Shown: in pieces, positions 19,000-27,396 of the stretch
Layout: each line of letters begins with the position of its first letter
How positions within the stretch are numbered: the first letter of the stretch is position 1
IMG/VR virus record: IMGVR_UViG_3300021185_003351
Location: 64,001-128,000 of that record
Reading direction: 5' to 3' (one strand)
Source of the DNA: a virus
DNA length: 64,000 bases
Notes under the pieces: generated by a model
What the model was told of the DNA's origin: nothing
The model's database searches: none
The model's input: the letters and a program-made list of their open reading frames with translations, nothing else
Made by a program: the position numbers and the translations under genes

Positions 19000-21462
19000 A
19001 TGGCCGAAAGAATAGTATCGCCAGGTGTATTTACAATAGAAAAAGATCAATCATTTTTACAACGAGGAGTTAGTGAAATTGGAGCATCAATAGTAGGATC
19101 AACATTAAAAGGTCCAGCTCAAGTTCCTACAAAGATAGGATCATTTTCTGAATTCCAAGAAATATTTGGAGGATATACCGATGAATCATATGTACCATTT
19201 ACAGTACAAGAATATTTAAAAAATGCAGGTACCATTACAGTAACAAGATTATTGTATGAAAATGGATATAATTTACAAAATGGCGTATTAGCTATTGTAG
19301 CTGAATCAGGATCTGTTTCAGAAGTGACTCATTTATTACATCCAACACAACCAGTATCAACTACAGGTGATTCAAATGTATTTGAAGAGTCATTATTTGA
19401 AAATTTAAATTCTGGATCTTTTAAACTAAAAGTTTCTGGAGCATTTGCGACGGATTCATCAATACCAGGATATTCGGCATATTTAACTACTGACTTTATT
19501 TCTGCATCATTAGATTCAACATCTAATAGTTATATCACAAAGATATTTGGAAATAATCCTAAATCAGTAAATTATCCAGTTTATGTGCAATACGAAAACA
19601 AAAATGCATTTTCATTATTTAATCAAAGTAGTGAAATATCAATGAGTTTAGCAATTGTAGATAAGTATCAATTTCTTCAAGATTTTCAAGCAGCATCTAC
19701 TCCGTATATAACATCACAACAAATAACAGGTGGGTCTTCTATAGACTTATTTAAATTTCATACATTATCTCATGGTAACGTAGAAAATTTTGATGTTAAA
19801 GTTGGAGTAAGAGATATTAAAGTTTCATCAGAAGTATCAGATCCAAATGGATATGGAACATTTACATTAGAAGTAAGAAGAGTAAATAATCAACATTTAC
19901 CTACTTCCCCTTTTGATTCTGATGACACAGACAAATCACCAGACATAGTAGAACAATTTACCAATCTTAATTTAGATCCAGATTCTCCTAATTATATAGT
20001 TAGAAGAATTGGCGATCAATTTAGAACTATTGATAGTGACGGTAAAATATATGATAATGGTGATTATCCAAACTTATCAAAATATATAAGAATCGAAGTA
20101 ACTGAAAATGTTAAAGCAAAAGCGATAGACGCATCTTTAATACCATTTGGTTTTAGAGCAACAAATTCTCCAATTCCAGATGTATCAGGATCTGCAGGTA
20201 ATTTAAACCTAGGTGCAGTATCATATATATCATCTCAAGTAATAGGAAGTTCATATAGTTCAAAAAATTATTTTGGATTTGATTATACAAATTTAAATAA
20301 CTTAAATTATTTAGCACCATTACCAACTTCAGGTTCAAATACAGGTTCAAATACTGATTTTTACTTAGGAAATGTATCACAAGCAGCTGAAGCTAATTTT
20401 CCAAGTATAGCTGGTGCCTATTCTGGATCCATAGGAACATCATTAGACGCCGGTAGGTTAGCAACAGAAATATCAATTAATACTAGAAAATTTATGGTAC
20501 CATTCCAAGGTGGATTTGATGGATCAAAACCTAATTTACCTAAAATGATTGGAACTAATATTAAATCTTCAAATACATTAGGATTTGATTGTAGCACTTC
20601 AACCTCAACTGGAACATTAGCATATAGAAAAGCATTTGCAGCACTATCAAATACCGATTTCTTTGATATGAACATGTTAATTACACCTGGATTAATAGAC
20701 AGATTACATTCAAGTGTAACAGCAGAAGCTAGACAATTAGCAGAAGATAGACAAGACACATTTTACATAATGGATGCAGGAGCTGTAACAGATTCAATTT
20801 CAACCGTTGTTAATCAAGTTAATTCAATTGATTCAAATTACACTGCAACATATTTCCCATGGGTGAGAATAGTTGATCCAGGAAAGAATAAGCCAATGTT
20901 TGTTCCACCATCTGTAGTAGTACCTGGAGCATTATCATTTAACGATACAGTAGCAGCACCATGGTATGCACCTGCAGGATTAAATAGAGGAAGTTTAACG
21001 TCTGTAATTAATACATATGAAAAATTGACTCAATCAAATAGAGATGAGTTATATGAATCTAGAGTTAATCCAATAGCAAATTTTCCAAATCAAGGAATTT
21101 GTATATGGGGACAAAAAACTCTTCAATCTAGACCATCTGCATTGGATAGAGTTAATGTTAGAAGACTATTGATAACTGTTAAGAAATTTATTGCTTCGTC
21201 AACTAAATTTTTAGTATTTGAACAAAATACAACCGCAACTAGAAATAGATTTTTAGCTATAGCAAATCCGTATTTAGAAAGTGTTAGATCACAACAAGGA
21301 CTTCATGCATTTAGAGTTGTAATGGATGCAAGTAATAATACACCAGATTTAATAGATCAAAATATATTATACGGACAAATATTTTTACAACCAACTAGAA
21401 CGGCAGAATTTATAGTATTAGACTTTAATATTCAACCAACTGGTGCTTCATTCCCAGAATAA
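19000..21462 (+). CDS. Contractile tail sheath protein (T4 gp18-like)
   Basis: N-terminal SPGVFTIEKDQS; C-terminal PWYAPAGLNRG, WGQKTL, RVNVRRL, QPTRTAEFI. Confidence 0.95.
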   Translation: MAERIVSPGVFTIEKDQSFLQRGVSEIGASIVGSTLKGPAQVPTKIGSFSEFQEIFGGYTDESYVPFTVQEYLKNAGTITVTRLLYENGYNLQNGVLAIVAESGSVSEVTHLLHPTQPVSTTGDSNVFEESLFENLNSGSFKLKVSGAFATDSSIPGYSAYLTTDFISASLDSTSNSYITKIFGNNPKSVNYPVYVQYENKNAFSLFNQSSEISMSLAIVDKYQFLQDFQAASTPYITSQQITGGSSIDLFKFHTLSHGNVENFDVKVGVRDIKVSSEVSDPNGYGTFTLEVRRVNNQHLPTSPFDSDDTDKSPDIVEQFTNLNLDPDSPNYIVRRIGDQFRTIDSDGKIYDNGDYPNLSKYIRIEVTENVKAKAIDASLIPFGFRATNSPIPDVSGSAGNLNLGAVSYISSQVIGSSYSSKNYFGFDYTNLNNLNYLAPLPTSGSNTGSNTDFYLGNVSQAAEANFPSIAGAYSGSIGTSLDAGRLATEISINTRKFMVPFQGGFDGSKPNLPKMIGTNIKSSNTLGFDCSTSTSTGTLAYRKAFAALSNTDFFDMNMLITPGLIDRLHSSVTAEARQLAEDRQDTFYIMDAGAVTDSISTVVNQVNSIDSNYTATYFPWVRIVDPGKNKPMFVPPSVVVPGALSFNDTVAAPWYAPAGLNRGSLTSVINTYEKLTQSNRDELYESRVNPIANFPNQGICIWGQKTLQSRPSALDRVNVRRLLITVKKFIASSTKFLVFEQNTTATRNRFLAIANPYLESVRSQQGLHAFRVVMDASNNTPDLIDQNILYGQIFLQPTRTAEFIVLDFNIQPTGASFPE

Positions 21463-21476
21463 AAGTTAAGGAATGA

Positions 21477-21490
21477 ATATTTATATAAAA
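21477..21490 (+). promoter_or_regulatory. Putative late promoter motif ATATTTATATAAAA
   Basis: Upstream of the tail tube gene. Confidence 0.6.
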
Positions 21491-21505
21491 GAAATAGGAT
21501 AAAAC

Positions 21506-22015
21506 ATGGCATTAGAGCAAGAATTAGATGGAATTAATCAAAATGAACTATTTGATAGTGCATTTGATTGGGAACCTAAATATACCAATAGATTTATTAT
21601 GTATATAGGAGATATTCCTACTTATATTATAAAAGCTGCAGCTAGACCTTCTTTAACTAATGGTGAAGTTATTCTTGATCATATTAATGTTGAGCGAAAG
21701 CTAAAAGGTAAAACTAGATGGCAAGACATTTCGATCACATTATATGATCCAATTGTACCATCAGGAGCACAGTCGGTAATGGAGTGGGTAAGATTACATC
21801 ACGAATCTTTAACAGGTAGAGATGGATATAGTACTCAATACAAAAAAGATATTAGATTTAATTCACTTTCACCAACCGGAGAAATTATTGAAGAATGGTT
21901 GTTGAAAGGAGCATTCATTGCAGATTCAAACTTTGGATCAATGGATTGGTCGACAGAAGAATCAGTTCAAATTGAATTAACATTGAAATATGATTACGCT
22001 GTATTAGAATTTTAA
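21506..22015 (+). CDS. Tail tube protein (T4 gp19-like)
   Basis: Follows the sheath; WQDISITLYDP, EEWLLKGAF, IELTLKYD motifs. Confidence 0.9.
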   Translation: MALEQELDGINQNELFDSAFDWEPKYTNRFIMYIGDIPTYIIKAAARPSLTNGEVILDHINVERKLKGKTRWQDISITLYDPIVPSGAQSVMEWVRLHHESLTGRDGYSTQYKKDIRFNSLSPTGEIIEEWLLKGAFIADSNFGSMDWSTEESVQIELTLKYDYAVLEF

Positions 22016-22031
22016 AATAAATTATAAAAAT

Positions 22032-22056
22032 AATGGGAGTTTAGGCTCCCATTTTT
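22032..22056 (+). terminator. Rho-independent terminator
   Basis: AATGGGAGT-TTAG-GCTCCCATT stem-loop followed by a T run, right after the tube gene. Confidence 0.8.
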
Positions 22057-22067
22057 ACGATCTAAAA

Positions 22068-22083
22068 ATATTTATTATAAATA
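22068..22083 (+). promoter_or_regulatory. Putative late promoter motif ATATTTATTATAAA (overlaps a T4-type TATAAATA)
   Basis: Repeated motif upstream of 22126. Confidence 0.5.
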
Positions 22084-22125
22084 AGTCATTCCAATCATAT
22101 TGTTACATTTAAACCTAGGTAACAT

Positions 22126-22698
22126 ATGAATCGTATATTTATTATATTTTTAACTTTATTAACTTGCAATATATTCTGTCAAGATACTATTTTTAGATTT
22201 GAAGAAGAGCCATTAACTGGAAAGATAGTATTTATTGATAATAACATTATATTATATAATAAAAATAATTTTATAAAAGATATACCAACAGAAGTTGTAT
22301 TTGGATATAAAAAAGACAACAAACTATCAATATTATATAAAGAAAATAAACAACCATTTTCCACAATACAAATGAATGATTATGTAACGGGTAGAACAAA
22401 AGGATATCAAGATCATACTCCAGGAATACCATTTGCAATAGGATTTTTTAGTTCTTATTTTTATACATATTACAATACTAGAGGTTTAACTAGAAATCCA
22501 AAATTTTCATCATTAGCATTTACTGCAGTACCATCAATTGTATTTACATATGTAAAACCTAAGGCTAATAAAAAATGGAGTTTAGAAAAAAGAACAGGTT
22601 ATCAATTATCTAGATCTGAAAAAAATCAAGTTTCATCATGGTGGGGTGCAGTATTAGGCACTGCTACTATATTTACTCTCTATTTTTCAAGTAACTAA
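22126..22698 (+). CDS. Exported/membrane protein of unknown function
   Basis: Signal peptide followed by Q (NIFC|QDTIF) and C-terminal hydrophobic segments. Confidence 0.6.
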   Translation: MNRIFIIFLTLLTCNIFCQDTIFRFEEEPLTGKIVFIDNNIILYNKNNFIKDIPTEVVFGYKKDNKLSILYKENKQPFSTIQMNDYVTGRTKGYQDHTPGIPFAIGFFSSYFYTYYNTRGLTRNPKFSSLAFTAVPSIVFTYVKPKANKKWSLEKRTGYQLSRSEKNQVSSWWGAVLGTATIFTLYFSSN

Positions 22699-22711
22699 TA
22701 TTTATAATAAA
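22698..22711 (+). promoter_or_regulatory. Putative late promoter motif ATATTTATAATAAA
   Basis: Upstream of 22730. Confidence 0.6.
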
Positions 22712-22729
22712 GTTTTAAAAAGGAAAGTT

Positions 22730-23485
22730 ATGACAAAATTAACAGATCGTTATTCAAATGAAAATCTAATAAACTTAGCAACTCAAAATTACGACAAAAC
22801 AAAAAAAAGTACTTTACCAACTGAAGTAGTAACATTAGCTTCAGGAGGAAAGGTATATTCAAAAACAAATCCATTAAGTTCCGGCAAAATTGAAATGCGT
22901 TATATGACCGCTTATGACGAAGATATACTAACAAATGCATCATATATAAAAGAAGGAATTGTTTTAGATAAGCTGTTAGAAGCACTTATAATATCGGATA
23001 TCAATATAAATGATATAGCAACTGTCGACAAAGATGGATTAATTATACATGCAAGAATAGTTAGTTACGGAAAAATATATCCAGTACTGGTAACAGATCC
23101 AAAAACTAATAATAATTTAAAAAGAGAAGTTGATTTATCAAAACTAAATGCGTTTGATTTTAAACTAGAGCCTGATGAAAACGGTGAATTTGATTATCAA
23201 ATTAATGAAGATTTCAAACTAAAATTTCAATATACAAAAAAAGAAACAACAGGTACAGTATCAGAAGTATTAACAAAAAGTATTACTCAAATTAATAAAT
23301 CTAGAAAAGTAGAAGATATAGAACATTTTATAAAATATGAATTTTTAGCAAAAGATGCTAAAGAATTTAGATTATATATCTCAGAAAATGCGCCAGGAAT
23401 AAATTATGAATATGAATTTGAAGGTGAAGATGGAGGCACCTTCATTTCAAGGTTTCAACCTGGAACAGACCTTTTTTGGTTTTAA
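22730..23485 (+). CDS. Baseplate hub / tail assembly chaperone (T4 gp26-like)
   Basis: LPTEVVTLASGGKVY, IEMRYMTAYDEDILTN; located between tube and tape measure. Confidence 0.7.
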   Translation: MTKLTDRYSNENLINLATQNYDKTKKSTLPTEVVTLASGGKVYSKTNPLSSGKIEMRYMTAYDEDILTNASYIKEGIVLDKLLEALIISDININDIATVDKDGLIIHARIVSYGKIYPVLVTDPKTNNNLKREVDLSKLNAFDFKLEPDENGEFDYQINEDFKLKFQYTKKETTGTVSEVLTKSITQINKSRKVEDIEHFIKYEFLAKDAKEFRLYISENAPGINYEYEFEGEDGGTFISRFQPGTDLFWF

Positions 23486-23702
23486 GCCAGAACATCGTGT
23501 TGATTTACATGATCAATTATTTAATATTTTATGGGCTGGTGAAGGCAGATGGACATGGAGTGATATATATTATATGCCATTATTTCTAAGAAAGTTTTAT
23601 ATAAAAAAGTTGAATTCTATACATGAAAAGAAAAACTCTGCAGAAAAACAAAGAAAAAAGAAGCCAACAGCAAAAGATAAGATCGCAAAACCTCCTATGT
23701 AA
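23406..23702 (+). CDS. Tail assembly chaperone extension (gp51-like), probably reached by a +1 frameshift
   Basis: WTWSDIYYMPLFLRKFYI motif; overlaps the upstream gene in the +1 frame across CTT TTT TGG TTT TAA. Confidence 0.6.
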   Translation: MNMNLKVKMEAPSFQGFNLEQTFFGFKPEHRVDLHDQLFNILWAGEGRWTWSDIYYMPLFLRKFYIKKLNSIHEKKNSAEKQRKKKPTAKDKIAKPPM

Positions 23703-23716
23703 ATATTTATATAAAA
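23703..23716 (+). promoter_or_regulatory. Putative late promoter motif ATATTTATATAAAA
   Basis: Upstream of the tape measure gene. Confidence 0.6.
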
Positions 23717-23726
23717 AGATATTTGC

Positions 23727-25604
23727 ATGAATATTCCGTATAATTACATACAATCGTTAAAACAACTTCCTAAACAGAGCGCACAAGTACCTCTTAACCC
23801 CGGCAGCGACAACCTAAATACTAAACTTGCTGACTTAGATGTTGGCGATATAGCACCCGGGTATGACGAGTTAAATAAGCTTATTGTAAAATTTCAAGAT
23901 AATATTTCCAAATCAAACAATTTGTTTGAAGCTCAAATTGATCAACTTCGTAAAAATCAAAAAGCTGTACTTTCATATACAAAATCACTTACTGCATTTG
24001 AACAAAGAAATGTAAGAATACAAAAAATATTTAAACTAAATACAGAAGAATCTGCTGTATTAGGGAAAGAAATTGATAAAATTGCAGTTCGATTTAATAG
24101 ATCTGGAGCAACTGTAAGAAAGTATACAAGTGATTTAAATAAATTAATACCTGGATTCCAAAACACAATCACTTCTGGGGGTAAAGCCGGCGATAGTTTG
24201 TTAAAAATACAAGATGCATTTCAACAACAATTAGGTTTATCTGGAGATTTAGCTAATTCATTTGCTTTATTCTCCGGAGGAAATGAAGAAGTATTAACAT
24301 CACAATTACAAATAGTTAAAGGTATAGAAGCTCAAACAAATGGACTTATAAATGCTAGAGATATAGTTGGTGATATATCCGGATTATCTGCAAACTTGCA
24401 ACTGCAATTTGGAAAGATACCTGGAAATTTAGAATTAGCTGTTTTAAAAGCTAGAACATTAGGTGTTTCATTTGCTGATATAGCAAAAACAGGAAATGAA
24501 TTATTAAATGTAGAGTCATCTATTAATAATGAATTAGAGTACCAATTGTTATCAGGAAAGCGATTAGTAGATCAAAATGGCAAAAGCTTAACACAACAAT
24601 TCAGAACAGCTGCAATTCAAGGAGATGCAAATGCACAAGCAGACGCATTAACCAAAATCATAGAAACTCAAGGATCTACTATAGAAAATAATGTATTTGC
24701 ACGACAACAGTTAGCTAAAACATTAGGAATGGAAGAAGGACAATTATCAAAAATTGTTCAACAACGAAAATTAGTATCTAAACTTGGAGCAGAAAGTTTA
24801 TTAGGATTACAAGGAGCTGATTTAGAAGAAGGCATAGAAAAATTTAAAAAAGGATTTAAAGGAGACATAAATGATTTAGATGATTTATTAAGCTCCTTTG
24901 ATAATAGATCAACTGACCAAATGCTTGTAGAAGTACTTGGAAAACTTGAAGCACAACTAGGAGCTGGTACTAATACAGCCGAAGTTCTAAAGCAACAAAA
25001 AAAAATATTAAAAGAAGCTAGAATTGTAACACCAGCAAGAACTGAAAAAGATGCACAAACTGGAGAAGAAATTAAAATTCCAGCTGTAGAAGGAGACATT
25101 TTAAGTTTTGTTAATTCTGGAAAAAAACTTATTGAGAAAATACAAAATGAAGTCGGCCCATCAATAACTGCTTATACCACAATCGGCCCTGTAATAGCAG
25201 ATATTCAAAGCAAAGTTCCACTACTTGGAAAAAGCCTTGCTCTAATAACAAACAGCATCATCACTAGTGCAAAAAAATTAGGAACCGGCACTTTAGAAAC
25301 AGATCCTGTAGCAGATGCAACGGCTGCAGAAACAACAGATTCAAACGATTCGATAATACGAGTAAATGATGCTATATTATTTAATCCAAACGACAAATTT
25401 AATATAGTAGCATCAACAAGTCCCGGAGCATTAGATCAAGCAACTGCAGATATAACGGGAGCAGGCAAAGGATCGTCATCAGGCCCTTCAGCACAAGAAA
25501 TAGGAGCAGCTGTTGCAAACGCTCTACAAGGAGTTAATTTATATGTATCACCAAACGAATTAGCAGCAGAAATGGCTTTTAATTCTTATAATATAAACGC
25601 TTAA
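23727..25604 (+). CDS. Tape measure protein
   Basis: Alpha-helical, Ala/Gln/Leu-rich; LLNVESSINNELEYQLLSGK and RQQLAKTLGM motifs; follows the chaperones. Confidence 0.75.
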   Translation: MNIPYNYIQSLKQLPKQSAQVPLNPGSDNLNTKLADLDVGDIAPGYDELNKLIVKFQDNISKSNNLFEAQIDQLRKNQKAVLSYTKSLTAFEQRNVRIQKIFKLNTEESAVLGKEIDKIAVRFNRSGATVRKYTSDLNKLIPGFQNTITSGGKAGDSLLKIQDAFQQQLGLSGDLANSFALFSGGNEEVLTSQLQIVKGIEAQTNGLINARDIVGDISGLSANLQLQFGKIPGNLELAVLKARTLGVSFADIAKTGNELLNVESSINNELEYQLLSGKRLVDQNGKSLTQQFRTAAIQGDANAQADALTKIIETQGSTIENNVFARQQLAKTLGMEEGQLSKIVQQRKLVSKLGAESLLGLQGADLEEGIEKFKKGFKGDINDLDDLLSSFDNRSTDQMLVEVLGKLEAQLGAGTNTAEVLKQQKKILKEARIVTPARTEKDAQTGEEIKIPAVEGDILSFVNSGKKLIEKIQNEVGPSITAYTTIGPVIADIQSKVPLLGKSLALITNSIITSAKKLGTGTLETDPVADATAAETTDSNDSIIRVNDAILFNPNDKFNIVASTSPGALDQATADITGAGKGSSSGPSAQEIGAAVANALQGVNLYVSPNELAAEMAFNSYNINA

Positions 25605-25611
25605 GGAAATC

Positions 25612-27096
25612 ATGTTAATAACATATACTAGTAAAAGATTATCAGATTTAAGTGAAGAAGAATATAGAAAAGCTACTATAGAAACTCCAACTAATTTTGG
25701 ACGATCTAATACTATAGATTTAGTTGGCGCAGACAAAAATCAACAAATAGGACAAACATTAAATAGTGATACAATTTCTAGTTTAGATAGAATTGTTTCA
25801 AATCACACAAATGCAACTGATGCAACAGCATTAGGATCAATTGGAGCAGCAGCTGGAGCAGGACTTGCTAGCAACTTAGGTATTCCAACTCTAGGACAAG
25901 GACTAGGTGCAGTTGCAGGAGGATTATTACCTCCAGTATATGCAACAGTGCCATTTTTAAACTTAGGAAAATTACCAGAGTTAGGTGGAATGACTCAAGA
26001 CTTTAGATCAAGAAAAGGTTTTGGAAGTGTTTCTGATTTTGTAGGCAAACGGTTAGACGGAGCAGCTGCAGCAGTATCAATTGAAGGAAAAGGTCGAGCT
26101 AGAGCAGCAGCGTACGCAGCAGCTAGTATTGCACCAGGAGGAGCATATACATTATTTAATCGTGAAACGTTATATGGAGAAGGAAATTTTGGATCTCCAA
26201 TGGCATTACGAAATGATTTCACTGCAAAATCAACTGTAACAACAAAATGGGATCAAGCAGCAAATGATGGAAAAGGCAAATGGATTCCTACAAAAAATCC
26301 ATTGCAAAAAGCTTTGGAATTCCGAGGAGACAAAGTAAATGTTATTGATTTTCAAAAAGGAACATTTGCAGATACATATAGATGGAAACCAAATATAAAT
26401 CTAGGAAAAGTAGGAGATGTATTAGGCGCAGTAATTAATGATCCTGGAGTAACTCAAGATTATATTAAATTCTTTTTTACTGGTCCTAATATAAAATTTG
26501 GAGATACAAACTCAGTTGATGATATTATGACATTCCGAGCTAGTATAACTAGTTTAACAGACACATTTAATCCACAATGGAATCCTGTACAGATGATTGG
26601 CCGAGCAGACCCAAATTATCATTATTCCGGATATAGTCGTGATATGAACCTAGATTTTACTATATATGCAACAGATCGAGATGAATTAAAACCAATTTGG
26701 AGAAAATTAAATGCATTAGCTAGTTATACTGCTCCTGAATACACTAAAGATAGTATTGCAATGAAAGGCCCATGGATGCGTGTAACAATTGGAGATTTAT
26801 ATAAACAAACCCCAGTATTTATTTCTAGTTTATTTTATACATTAGTAGACAACGAAACAACATGGGATATTAATATCGAGCAAGATCCGACTAGAATGCA
26901 AGTACCAAACAAAGTACAAGTCTCCATGGGATTAACAGTAATTACAGATTACTTACCAGAAAAAGGAGGAAGAATGTATTCATTAAATAATGGTAATGCG
27001 TTAGATGAACTAGGAGATAATAATTGGTTAAGTGACAGTGTTAATTCTGCCCCTACATTTAATGTAGATATTGAAAAAATTAAAGAAAACAAATGA
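25612..27096 (+). CDS. Baseplate / tube initiator protein
   Basis: C-terminal tube-like domain FRASITSLTDTFNPQWNPVQMIGRADPNYHYSGYSR; follows the tape measure gene. Confidence 0.6.
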   Translation: MLITYTSKRLSDLSEEEYRKATIETPTNFGRSNTIDLVGADKNQQIGQTLNSDTISSLDRIVSNHTNATDATALGSIGAAAGAGLASNLGIPTLGQGLGAVAGGLLPPVYATVPFLNLGKLPELGGMTQDFRSRKGFGSVSDFVGKRLDGAAAAVSIEGKGRARAAAYAAASIAPGGAYTLFNRETLYGEGNFGSPMALRNDFTAKSTVTTKWDQAANDGKGKWIPTKNPLQKALEFRGDKVNVIDFQKGTFADTYRWKPNINLGKVGDVLGAVINDPGVTQDYIKFFFTGPNIKFGDTNSVDDIMTFRASITSLTDTFNPQWNPVQMIGRADPNYHYSGYSRDMNLDFTIYATDRDELKPIWRKLNALASYTAPEYTKDSIAMKGPWMRVTIGDLYKQTPVFISSLFYTLVDNETTWDINIEQDPTRMQVPNKVQVSMGLTVITDYLPEKGGRMYSLNNGNALDELGDNNWLSDSVNSAPTFNVDIEKIKENK

Positions 27097-27392
27097 GTAG
27101 ATATACAACAACAAAACAAATAAAAGATGCATCAGGTAAAAGAAAAGCAGAAACGACTATTTTACCAGTAGTACCATTGTCAGATGATGATATATACATA
27201 CAAGTAACATCGCCAGAGCGATTAGATTTGTTAGCTAATAAATTTTATAATGATGTTAGTCTATGGTGGGTAATCGCAACTGCAAATGCTCTAGGGAAAG
27301 GATCATTATATGTCCCGGAAAATACAAGACTACGAATACCTGCAGCTACAAAAATACAAGATACTATAGAATTATTAAATAATTCAAGATAA
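27093..27392 (+). CDS. LysM-like baseplate wedge protein (gp53 / tail X-like)
   Basis: ERLDLLANKFYNDVSLWWVIATAN...LRIP. Confidence 0.8.
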   Translation: MSRYTTTKQIKDASGKRKAETTILPVVPLSDDDIYIQVTSPERLDLLANKFYNDVSLWWVIATANALGKGSLYVPENTRLRIPAATKIQDTIELLNNSR

Positions 27393-27396
27393 CATT

